The notes under the pieces: generated by a model | What the model was told of the DNA's origin: nothing | What the model saw: only the letters and a program-made list of their open reading frames with translations | Databases searched by the model: none | Shown here: positions 40,387 to 48,434 of the stretch, one piece after another | Layout: each line of letters begins with the position of its first letter | How positions within the stretch are numbered: the first letter of the stretch is position 1 | NCBI GenBank assembly: GCA_051382295.1 | Contig: JBBCAW010000052.1 | Location: 2,512 to 66,511, forward strand | Direction of reading: 5' to 3' | DNA from: Bdellovibrionota bacterium FG-1 | GTDB lineage: Bacteria > Bdellovibrionota > UBA1018 | DNA: 64,000 bases | Position numbers and translations under genes: made by a program

Positions 40387-40543
40387 AGCTAGTCAGTCAT
40401 CAGCGAACAGCCATCAGCTTTTTAAAAGAATTCAAAGACGTGCATTGCTGCTAGAGGGATGTAATTTTTTTGAATTTGTCTCAAACGGCTTTATAAATTC
40501 TTGTATTTATTCGCCTTAGCTGACGTCTGATGGCTGACTAGCT
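40387..40543. repeat. 17-bp terminal inverted repeats with heptamer periodicity enclosing ~120 bp of AT-rich DNA
   Basis: AGCTAGTCAGTCATCAG (40387-40403) vs CTGATGGCTGACTAGCT (40527-40543), 16/17 complementary. Confidence 0.7.
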
Positions 40544-40557
40544 ACAGTAATGAAGAA

Positions 40558-40606
40558 GCGGCGGCCTGGGATCTGTGAAAGGATCTCGGGTCGTCGCTCT
40601 TTTTTT
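40558..40606 (+). terminator. Intrinsic terminator after rpsT
   Basis: GCGGCGGCCTGGGATC...GATCTCGGGTCGTCGC followed by a T tract. Confidence 0.8.
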
Positions 40607-40645
40607 GCCTTGGATGTCGAATTCGAAATAACCGCAGCATCATCA

Positions 40646-41299
40646 TTATTTTTGTGAATTAGGCACACCCCCACTAGAACCAGTCATCTGCCCCGACGAC
40701 CCCTGGTCTGAACAACTCTTAGGGCTGCTAATGCCGCACATTTTTACAAGATCCACTTTTCCGAGTCCACCCGCGTTCGGCTTCATCGCAATCTGCCAAG
40801 AAGTAATCTCACTCTTATTCTGGTGAATCACGCCTCCCGCATAATCAGAACAATTCTTGGCTCTCATGGTGAAAAGACAAGCATCAATGTTGTTTTGTCG
40901 ATCTTCAGCGGCCTTTTTTTGACATTTGACCTTAGCCAAACACATTGCATATTTCGCTGCATAGTTCGCAAACTTCTCTAACTCAGCTTTTGACGGTTTC
41001 GATGACGGTTTCGATGACGGTTTCGATGACGGTTGCGGTGACGGTTGCGGTGACGGTGACGAGCACAAATCTATTACCCCGTAAGGGATAGATTTGGCTG
41101 AATCATCGACCCAACCCCTACATTTATTTAACTGCTCAACGAATAGTTTGGCATTCAGCTCATCCGCCTGCTTTTTTGTCATTGCCTCGGTCGCCGCAGG
41201 TTTCAAAGGCCCAGCCGGGGCTTTCAGACTAGGCCCCGCATAAGAAACGCTGGATAAAACGATCCCCAAAGAAACCAATCCCGCCTTTAAGCTTTTCAT
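40646..41299 (-). CDS. Secreted Cys-containing hypothetical protein
   Basis: Signal peptide MKSLKAGLVSLG...SYA; PSPQ/PSSK linker. Confidence 0.65.
   Translation of the reverse strand: MKSLKAGLVSLGIVLSSVSYAGPSLKAPAGPLKPAATEAMTKKQADELNAKLFVEQLNKCRGWVDDSAKSIPYGVIDLCSSPSPQPSPQPSSKPSSKPSSKPSKAELEKFANYAAKYAMCLAKVKCQKKAAEDRQNNIDACLFTMRAKNCSDYAGGVIHQNKSEITSWQIAMKPNAGGLGKVDLVKMCGISSPKSCSDQGSSGQMTGSSGGVPNSQK
40991..41061. repeat. 12-bp tandem repeat encoding a PSSK/PSPQ linker
   Basis: TGACGGTTTCGA x3 then TGACGGTTGCGG x2. Confidence 0.85.
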
Positions 41300-41454
41300 T
41301 GCTCTATTTCCCCTTTTAAGTTCCTCCAATTTTACCCCCCCCCATTTTTTTTACAACTGTGTCAATGCTGATTTGGCATATTTTCCCCACGTCTTGGGAT
41401 ATGCTAGGGTAAGCTATGAGCGTTTCGAGATAACTGAACTAAGGAGCAATAAAC

Positions 41455-42027
41455 ATGAGTTCAGAAGCCAAAAAGTTGGCGACTTACACCGATCTATTCA
41501 CTTTACCAGCACATCTTGTGGGGGAGATCATCGCCGGAGAACTGATCACCTCTCCACGACCAGGCCCCAGGCACGCGCGGGCCTCCTCCGTGCTTGGTAG
41601 TAAGATCATGAGTCCCTTTGACGAAGGGACAGGCGGCCCGGGTGGTTGGTGGATCTTGGATGAGCCTGAGCTTCACTTGGGTGGCGATATCGTTGTCCCT
41701 GACCTTGCTGGATGGAAAAAAGAGAAATTGCCCGCACTTCCCTTGGATAAATCCTACTTTGAAATAGCCCCAGACTGGGTTTGTGAAGTTCTTTCCGACA
41801 GCACCGCACGTCTGGATCGAGTGAAAAAACTCCCTATTTACGTGCGCGAGAAGGTGAGCTTTGCTTGGCTGATCGATCCAAAGGCGAAGACCTTGGAAAT
41901 TTATCAGCAAGAAAATACACGATGGTTCTTACTTAAAACCTTCGCAGGGGATGAGCGGGTTCGTGCGGTCCCTTTTGATGCGATAGAAATCGACATGAGT
42001 GTGCTTTGGCTCCCGGATGAACCATGA
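41455..42027 (+). CDS. Uma2-family (PD-(D/E)XK) endonuclease
   Basis: GEII-x-GEL, PRP...H, VPDLAGW, APDWVCEVLS and WLIDP motifs. Confidence 0.9.
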   Translation: MSSEAKKLATYTDLFTLPAHLVGEIIAGELITSPRPGPRHARASSVLGSKIMSPFDEGTGGPGGWWILDEPELHLGGDIVVPDLAGWKKEKLPALPLDKSYFEIAPDWVCEVLSDSTARLDRVKKLPIYVREKVSFAWLIDPKAKTLEIYQQENTRWFLLKTFAGDERVRAVPFDAIEIDMSVLWLPDEP

Positions 42028-42066
42028 GATTCGAATAAGAAAGAAGCTTTACTCAGCCTACTTGCC

Positions 42067-42112
42067 CCCAAGCGATTGCTAGCCCAAAATCGATCCAGGT
42101 AACGACTTTCTT
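42067..42112. repeat. 46-bp direct repeat, copy 1
   Basis: CCCAAGCGATTGCTAGCCCAAAATCGATCCAGGTAACGACTTTCTT; 43/46 identical to 44075-44120. Confidence 0.9.
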
Positions 42113-42121
42113 GCTGTCCAT

Positions 42122-42571
42122 TTAAGCCGCCAACTTCTCCAAATCCAAATCCAGGGGCTTTTGCTCATCGACGGCCACCGTTTCTAGCTGCGCGTAGAGT
42201 GCAACAATGATGACTGCTTTTACATTCAGCTTGGACAAAATAAACAGTCTAATATCTTTTTCAGTCGTCCACCCCATGACAGTAGGTTGTTCATCAAATC
42301 TTTCCCACTTCATCACGGCAACATGGGTCACGCAAAACCGCTTGGCAAAATTTTGAAGAGTCATTGCAAAATGAGTCCTAATAAACCTAACTTCAGCCCC
42401 CGTCAAACGAGAAGGCTTGAATGCCAATGAATTGAGAACTGCCACTGCAAGATGATTATAGTTAATCTTGGGTGTCCACACTCCACGAACTTTGATCATG
42501 GGGACGTTCTTGAGTCGGATAGGAAATCCGCATCCCCGGTCTACAAATTCTTTTTGAATTTTCGTTTCCAT
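42122..42571 (-). CDS. MqsA/HigA-like XRE-HTH antitoxin
   Basis: I-x-L-x-NVP beta region plus LTGAEVRFIR...FAKRF-x-V...V-x-KWE HTH; downstream of the DUF4258-like gene. Confidence 0.72.
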   Translation of the reverse strand: METKIQKEFVDRGCGFPIRLKNVPMIKVRGVWTPKINYNHLAVAVLNSLAFKPSRLTGAEVRFIRTHFAMTLQNFAKRFCVTHVAVMKWERFDEQPTVMGWTTEKDIRLFILSKLNVKAVIIVALYAQLETVAVDEQKPLDLDLEKLAA

Positions 42572-42577
42572 AAAATC

Positions 42578-42880
42578 CTACCTCAGCTCAATAGCAGTAA
42601 TGATCAGCATTCTATTTTCATCAAAGGACACAATGACCCTGAGTTCCCTTTTATCCACAGGTTTACCCCTGATCGAATAATTCCAAGACTGATACCGCTC
42701 CTCCAATTTGTCCTTTTTCTTCTCATGATGTCCGTGACCAAGAACAAAGAGTACTTCGGGACGAGTGATCAGTCTCTCTTTTTGTCGTTCTTCGGCATGA
42801 CGGGTATCCAAGTACTGTCCCGACTCCAAACTGGTCTTGATGACGATCATGAGGGATTGAATTTTTAGGGGTCGGGTCAC
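42578..42880 (-). CDS. DUF4258 (RelE/BrnT-like) putative toxin
   Basis: TRHAEERQKERLI...YSIRG...RELRVIV...IITAI pattern. Confidence 0.72.
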   Translation of the reverse strand: MTRPLKIQSLMIVIKTSLESGQYLDTRHAEERQKERLITRPEVLFVLGHGHHEKKKDKLEERYQSWNYSIRGKPVDKRELRVIVSFDENRMLIITAIELR

Positions 42881-42936
42881 TTCTATTCTGTAACTCAGTT
42901 ACAACTTCATGTCCAGCTATTTCGTCAGTAATTCTC

Positions 42937-43016
42937 GGCGAGGGTGTCAGGGACGGCCATCCAGGCCTCGGCCGCTCTTGTCGCATCCATGCGACGCGGA
43001 CGCCCCTCACCTCGCC
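42937..43016. repeat. GC-rich nested palindromic element (REP/MITE-like)
   Basis: Outer GGCGAGG/CCTCGCC stem with inner GTCGCATCCATGCGAC and GGCCATCCAGGCC hairpins. Confidence 0.55.
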
Positions 43017-43177
43017 ACAGGATTCCTTGTGCCCGCCTGCGGCGAAGGAAGGACGAGTTCTTTTCGATGAAAAAGCCGCTTGAGCAGTCCAAAAGATTTC
43101 TGCACAAGGCTGCCGAGGATGAAGCTTGACTCGACGTTAGCCATGCTCAAAATTGTAGTTGGAGTTTTTCGGATTAA

Positions 43178-43510
43178 TTAATGATTCCTCAGTTTCCGAA
43201 TTCGCTTCCACAAAAGCGCTTTGGGAATTCTATCCATTTTCAAAGAGGTCATGCATTCGTCCAGACGACCGGTCCGTTTTTCTAGCCGTTGTATGGCTCT
43301 ATCAAGATCGCGCTTGATGCTTTCACCATAAGCAATGGCTGCCTTTGCAATCGCCCGCGCCAACATCGCCCGAGACGGCTCGAGCATCGCAAGATCGATG
43401 AGATCGCGACTGAATACTGCATCATCTGCCCAGCAGTCCGAATTGGCGAGAAGCTTATTCGCAGCCCTATCCAGAGAAGTGATCCGAACATGCTGATCTC
43501 GCTCAAACAA
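43178..43510 (-). pseudogene. AbiEii-like nucleotidyltransferase toxin with large in-frame internal deletion
   Basis: N-terminus (M)FERDQHVRI joined directly to C-terminal KLLANSD-x-WAD...SRDLIDLAM; central GGT/DxD catalytic region absent. Confidence 0.7.
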
Positions 43511-43985
43511 GCAGACGCTCCCTTCCGAATGCGGCGAGCAGCGTCTCAATGAATTCGCGCTCATGCGAATCCATTTTCGCCAAGTCAACGTGCCGCCAAT
43601 TCCGTTCGTAAAGATCAAGAGCTTCCTTTGGGCTGATCTCTTGAGTGTCTTTCATTTGCCACGCCAAGCGCTTGAGTTGCGGAAAATCGGTTAGCCGGAC
43701 TTTCGAAGGCAGCTTCGGAGCCGATGACCTTGAGGTTCGTTTTTGCTGAGGATCGAACAACTCCAGCTCAAGTCCGAGCGCAGAAATCACGCTAAGATAG
43801 GCACCCATCGTAACCGAAGGCTCGCCTCGCTCAATTCGATGCAGCGTTACTCGCGACATCCCAGCAGACTCCGCGGTTACAGTAGCGTTCACACCCAACC
43901 GCTTTCGGTGAGCACGCAACCGCTGCCCAAAGTAGCGCAATAGTTTTTTTAGAGCAGCCCCAACTGGGGGTGATGAAGCAGGCAT
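43503..43985 (-). CDS. XRE-family HTH antitoxin partner of AbiEii
   Basis: AESAGMSRVTLHRIERGEPSV HTH plus PQLKRLAW...ALDLYERNWRHVD; overlaps the toxin start. Confidence 0.8.
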   Translation of the reverse strand: MPASSPPVGAALKKLLRYFGQRLRAHRKRLGVNATVTAESAGMSRVTLHRIERGEPSVTMGAYLSVISALGLELELFDPQQKRTSRSSAPKLPSKVRLTDFPQLKRLAWQMKDTQEISPKEALDLYERNWRHVDLAKMDSHEREFIETLLAAFGRERLLV

Positions 43986-43997
43986 ATGCTTCTCATT

Positions 43998-44026
43998 TAT
44001 ACTATTTAAATATATACTATTTAAAT
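43998..44026. promoter_or_regulatory. Candidate operator (14-bp direct repeat) upstream of the antitoxin
   Basis: TATACTATTTAAAT twice with a 15-bp period. Confidence 0.45.
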
Positions 44027-44074
44027 GAATTGTCTAGAATGAGACTCACTTTACAGCAATTCCCGGTGAGATAA

Positions 44075-44120
44075 CCCAAGCGATTACTAGCCCCAAATCG
44101 ATCCAAGTAACGACTTTCTT
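44075..44120. repeat. 46-bp direct repeat, copy 2
   Basis: CCCAAGCGATTACTAGCCCCAAATCGATCCAAGTAACGACTTTCTT. Confidence 0.9.
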
Positions 44121-44179
44121 AAGGATCGGCATGAGCAGGTCCTGCTTTTCCCTGCATTCATACATACTTACAACGCTAC

Positions 44180-44208
44180 TCAAGCAACCCCCCCTAAAAT
44201 GCCGATAG
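44180..44208 (+). promoter_or_regulatory. Putative sigma-28 promoter
   Basis: TCAAG-N16-GCCGATAG just before ATG 44217. Confidence 0.5.
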
Positions 44209-44216
44209 GTCTCGTG

Positions 44217-44678
44217 ATGAAGCCTTTTCTCCAATTAGAATCCACATTTGTCCTTTTGGCATTCACCCTACTGGGCTCGACCCTTCCGGGTTGTGCCAAA
44301 AGCAGCCAGGACCTTTTCGTGCCCGGCAAAGCCACGGTGGGTGAAATCAAAGCCCAACTCGGTGAACCGGAACGGACCACCGTCCCCAACGTTCGCCCCC
44401 AAGCGAAGCTCATGGACTACCCGGACGGCACCAGTTTTCAGATCGAAAAAAACGTCATGATCGGAGTTTCTTTTCCACCAACAGAGGAACAACTCACCCT
44501 GCAATACTGGCGGCATAAATGGGAGGGGCACCCTCAAAGGTTCGAAGAAATCCCAGGCTCTCGTAATGTACACGGTCAAAAGAGTTATCAGCTTTTTTCT
44601 CTGAAAGAAAACCAGGCCGTTATCTACGAAGAACAATCGGATCGCATCACTCGCGTGGTTAAATATGAAACACGCTAA
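44217..44678 (+). CDS. Hypothetical lipoprotein (SmpA/BamE-like motif)
   Basis: Lipobox LPGC; GKATVGEIKAQLGEP motif. Confidence 0.6.
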   Translation: MKPFLQLESTFVLLAFTLLGSTLPGCAKSSQDLFVPGKATVGEIKAQLGEPERTTVPNVRPQAKLMDYPDGTSFQIEKNVMIGVSFPPTEEQLTLQYWRHKWEGHPQRFEEIPGSRNVHGQKSYQLFSLKENQAVIYEEQSDRITRVVKYETR

Positions 44679-47376
44679 AAACATCCTTTGCCTCGCGCTG
44701 GGTTTAATCAGCTTAGCAGGGAACACCGGCTGCTCACGCACCAAAAGTGCACGCCCCGCCACAACCGCTCGATGGGAAAAACAACTTCAACTTGCTGTGC
44801 CCACAGTGGATCGGCACGTCGCTGAAAACGCCCCCAAATGCCTCAAGGACCGAATCAACTCTGATTTTTTACACCAAGAAGTCGCGCGCCTAGAACGTGA
44901 ACGAAGCACCGGAATCAAGAACGTGCCGAAAGGAACCTGGCAGAACAAAGATCTGGCGTCTTTTCCGGCACCCCAGGCTCAGTTTTTGTCCTCCCAAGCA
45001 AGTTGGATCGCAACTGCGGGATTGGACTTCTCTTCCTGCAACAGTCTTCCCTGTATTCTGAATCAAGTGTACGGAGATCCCTCCGGCGAATTTGGATGGA
45101 AAATTTACTACTTTTATCTCGCCACGGGCTATCCGTTGTCCTGCATCGACTTAGTGCCAGATACCAATATATCCTATCTCAGTGGCCGGCCAGGCCAGAT
45201 CACCTTTCCGCTGCCTCTGCGCGACCACCTTTTCACCGATGACGAACTCAGGGGGTTTTGGAAACTTTCCTATCTGCTTCCCCAAAATTTCAAATTTATG
45301 TCAGCCATTCAGCGGTTCCATCGGGTACCCAACAAGCCAGACGCCGAGGGCCGCCGTTACAACATTCCGGACTGGAATGCGAACACTTGTGCGGACTCCT
45401 GGGGCACCTCCACACAGGGGTTTATCCGACTCGGTCGCTGTCTCGAAGAAACCGTCGAGGCCCTCGGTGTCATTCGCTATCAATCGGATCTGGAACCGCC
45501 CTTAAACGGAATAGGTGGCGAGTTTTATCTCGTCGTTTCTCATGAAATGACTCATAACTTGGATCGCTTTATGGGCGGAACCAACACCCTCACACAAAAA
45601 ATTTCTGATCGCGCCGACTGGCTCGCGCTCAGCGGCTGGCATCGCCAAACAGTAGTGACCTCAGAAGGCACCCCCGTGCTCAGCGATACTTGGGTCCCCA
45701 CTCCCGAAACCGATGGGTTCGTCAATAGTTATGCCGCCACCCATCCGACCGAGGATTTCGCCGAAACTGCCGCCTGGACTCGGTTTCGTCCCGATCTTGC
45801 CAAACAAAAAAGTCCGCGTAAATCCGCCTTTTTATCCAAAAAGATTTTTGGCGACCGCAGCTATGATCCGGCCGGCCTCGCCCAGTACTATGAGGACTGG
45901 AGTGTTCAAACGCTGAAACCTCAGCTGCTGGAATTAGTCAATACTTGCCTCGGCGACCATCCCTCCCTCAACGACCTCACTGAACCACACCTCACTTTAG
46001 AGGGCGCCATTCCGAAGCCACTGATTTCTTGCCTAGAACACAACCTTAACGAAGCGGTGACGCAAGCCTTCGACCAGCTTCGCGGCGTCGAATGGGAAGC
46101 CTGTGAGCAAATGGCCGCCCACGAGAGTGCCATGCGAACCCATATTTTTGAACAACTCGGTCCCGATCTTTCACGGTTAATGGCCGAAAACGCCGACCGG
46201 GCCCCTTTTCTTCAGGCCATCAAAAATCTTCGCCGCACGCTCAAAGAGAACATCGACCCTCGCGAGGGCTATATTCACTGTTTTCAGCAAGCACAGCCCG
46301 AGCTTTGCTTTTCTCGCGCCCTAGGCGAAGCCTTTGACCGTGAAGCCACTCCCTTTGTGGGCATTTTAGGCTCTCAAATCGCCGCAGAGCGCGCGGATTT
46401 TTTAGGCCAAGCGTCGTTTAGCACTACCCAGACCACGACTCGCCAGTTCTACACTCGCTTCTTTGCAGGCACTGAGGGATTACTACGCACCTCTGCGGAG
46501 CTCCGTTGGAAGGGATGCCTGGATTTAGCACCCCCCACGAGCCCATTGCCCTCTTTGTTGGTGCAGCCCTTTTCAGGCGGCGGTCATTTTGTCGCGGCCG
46601 AGCTACTCAATTGCATCAACGGTGCAGTGTCAAATGATGTCACGGCTGTTTACCAGCGCCAGACTTCTCGCTTAGGCCTAACCCTATCCGATCCGGATGT
46701 TCAGGCCCTGGTCTCGGAACTCTTGCTTCCTGCGTATTTAGGCCGGCTCAAAGAACTGGAACTCATGGCCGCCACAACCGAAGACGCCACTCGCGATCAG
46801 CAGAAAACGCAAGTCATTGAGGTTCTCGTCTCAGCGCTCTCCAAAGATGCCAGCTGGCTCGGAGACTCCCTAGGGCCAGAAATCGCTCAAGCTCGGTGCG
46901 AACCCTTAGCACAAGCCGCCTTTGATGCCTATTTTACGAAAAACAGCGACTCCCAAAAGCTCTCTGTCCATTTTGCCTCTTTAACCTCCCTCCGCACTGA
47001 ATGGAGTCAAAAGGCCTGCGCCCAAGCCGTCCTCTCCCCTCCTATTGCCCAGGTTTTAAATGAGCGCACGAGCCGCGCTTGGACTCTAGCCCAGCAAAGC
47101 CTTGAACAGAACATTGTCGCAGGCGCGCGGGATCAAGCCACGGAGTGTATCAATCGCAATCGTGGAAATGCTCGTACCTCGATTTCGATTCGCAATCGAC
47201 GTCGCAAATGTTTGGGCGCATCATGGAGCGAGATCGAGGCCCGAGCCCTTGCCACTTGGAAAAACACGCAGGAGGGGCGTGTTTTTGCTGCACGCAACAA
47301 TGATGTGAATACCTATCTTTCAGCACAACGTTCGCGCCTCCAAATCAACGCGATCAAAGCCATGGAGGCGCGCTAG
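44665..47376 (+). CDS. Large lipoprotein with zincin metallopeptidase domain
   Basis: Signal peptide with lipid-anchor Cys; HEMTH plus YAATHPTEDFAET third-ligand motif; Cys-rich helical C-terminus. Confidence 0.72.
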   Translation: MKHAKNILCLALGLISLAGNTGCSRTKSARPATTARWEKQLQLAVPTVDRHVAENAPKCLKDRINSDFLHQEVARLERERSTGIKNVPKGTWQNKDLASFPAPQAQFLSSQASWIATAGLDFSSCNSLPCILNQVYGDPSGEFGWKIYYFYLATGYPLSCIDLVPDTNISYLSGRPGQITFPLPLRDHLFTDDELRGFWKLSYLLPQNFKFMSAIQRFHRVPNKPDAEGRRYNIPDWNANTCADSWGTSTQGFIRLGRCLEETVEALGVIRYQSDLEPPLNGIGGEFYLVVSHEMTHNLDRFMGGTNTLTQKISDRADWLALSGWHRQTVVTSEGTPVLSDTWVPTPETDGFVNSYAATHPTEDFAETAAWTRFRPDLAKQKSPRKSAFLSKKIFGDRSYDPAGLAQYYEDWSVQTLKPQLLELVNTCLGDHPSLNDLTEPHLTLEGAIPKPLISCLEHNLNEAVTQAFDQLRGVEWEACEQMAAHESAMRTHIFEQLGPDLSRLMAENADRAPFLQAIKNLRRTLKENIDPREGYIHCFQQAQPELCFSRALGEAFDREATPFVGILGSQIAAERADFLGQASFSTTQTTTRQFYTRFFAGTEGLLRTSAELRWKGCLDLAPPTSPLPSLLVQPFSGGGHFVAAELLNCINGAVSNDVTAVYQRQTSRLGLTLSDPDVQALVSELLLPAYLGRLKELELMAATTEDATRDQQKTQVIEVLVSALSKDASWLGDSLGPEIAQARCEPLAQAAFDAYFTKNSDSQKLSVHFASLTSLRTEWSQKACAQAVLSPPIAQVLNERTSRAWTLAQQSLEQNIVAGARDQATECINRNRGNARTSISIRNRRRKCLGASWSEIEARALATWKNTQEGRVFAARNNDVNTYLSAQRSRLQINAIKAMEAR

Positions 47377-47377
47377 G

Positions 47378-48433
47378 ATGAGTGAAACTAAAAAAGATCT
47401 GACAGGCCTCCTGGACTACGCAAAAACCCTCCATAAAACGGAACAAACCCTCCCGCTCCCCGAAAGTTCCATCGCAGAAGATCAGCCGATTGATCCCGTT
47501 GAGCACTTTGAAAGCCTAGAGGACTATGGCCGCACGGCGCCTTCCGCAACCTCGGACTCAACATCCAACTCCGACCCCAATTCGGGCTCCGATCTTTTTC
47601 CGACCACTCCGGCGGACGCCCTCCCCGTTCCATCCGACACATTTTCAGGCATGGGGGAAGAGCATTTGGTTCAAGAAGAACCCTTGACCGAAGAACCTCT
47701 CCTAGAAGAATCCTTGGACGAACCCCTTCGTCCTGCCCTCGCCGTGGAGCATGCGACCGATGCGCTTCAAAATGTAAAAGAATATTCGGAGACGATTTCT
47801 TCGCCCAAATCCGCCAGACCTGCGGCCTTTCCCTTCAGTTTATTAATTACAGGAAGACTTGCCCCCCATGAACGGGAACGCTTGACCGACCTCATTTCGC
47901 GCGAAAACATCGGCATTCGTGAAATAGACCTTGAACCCCAATTTGAGGCCGGAAAAATCCTGATTCCCCGAATCAGCGAATACGCGGGTGTTATGATTGT
48001 CGGAGCGCTTCGCTCGACCCAAGCCCGCATGCGCCTTGGACCGTCAGACACCATTTATGCGACCGAAGATACCCAAGACGCCTCGCCGGAACCCCGGGAT
48101 TACACCGAGCTTGAAACTCAAAGCAACTCCAGCGACTCCCAACACCCCGCCGAAAATATCGCGATCACCACGGCTTCGCAACTCAGCGGCTTTGAACAGC
48201 ATCGGACGATCGACTTGGTCCTTGCCAGCGCGGTACTCAAAAGCCACGCGGTCGAAGCGCTCAACAGCCCCGAGTACACAACCCTCCTGGAGGCTCTGAC
48301 TCGTGAACTCAAATACAAAGCCTATCGACGTGGCGCGGATGCGATTGTGGCCTTCAATATCCAGCTCACGCAGCTCCAATCCCCAAGCGACTACCGGGTA
48401 GTCGCGGCGGGTACTTTAATCAAAAAACAATAA
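47378..48433 (+). CDS. Hypothetical protein, acidic N-terminus and YbjQ-like C-terminus
   Basis: ITT...ELKYKAYRRGADAIVAF...AAGT resembles the YbjQ fold. Confidence 0.6.
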   Translation: MSETKKDLTGLLDYAKTLHKTEQTLPLPESSIAEDQPIDPVEHFESLEDYGRTAPSATSDSTSNSDPNSGSDLFPTTPADALPVPSDTFSGMGEEHLVQEEPLTEEPLLEESLDEPLRPALAVEHATDALQNVKEYSETISSPKSARPAAFPFSLLITGRLAPHERERLTDLISRENIGIREIDLEPQFEAGKILIPRISEYAGVMIVGALRSTQARMRLGPSDTIYATEDTQDASPEPRDYTELETQSNSSDSQHPAENIAITTASQLSGFEQHRTIDLVLASAVLKSHAVEALNSPEYTTLLEALTRELKYKAYRRGADAIVAFNIQLTQLQSPSDYRVVAAGTLIKKQ

Positions 48434-48434
48434 A

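Noticed and set aside
40991-41061. 12-bp tandem repeat as a phase-variation switch
   Set aside because: The unit is a multiple of 3, so copy change only alters linker length
42067-44120. Integron attC sites around TA cassettes
   Set aside because: The repeats are not palindromic, lack RYYYAAC...GTTRRRY ends, and there is no intI
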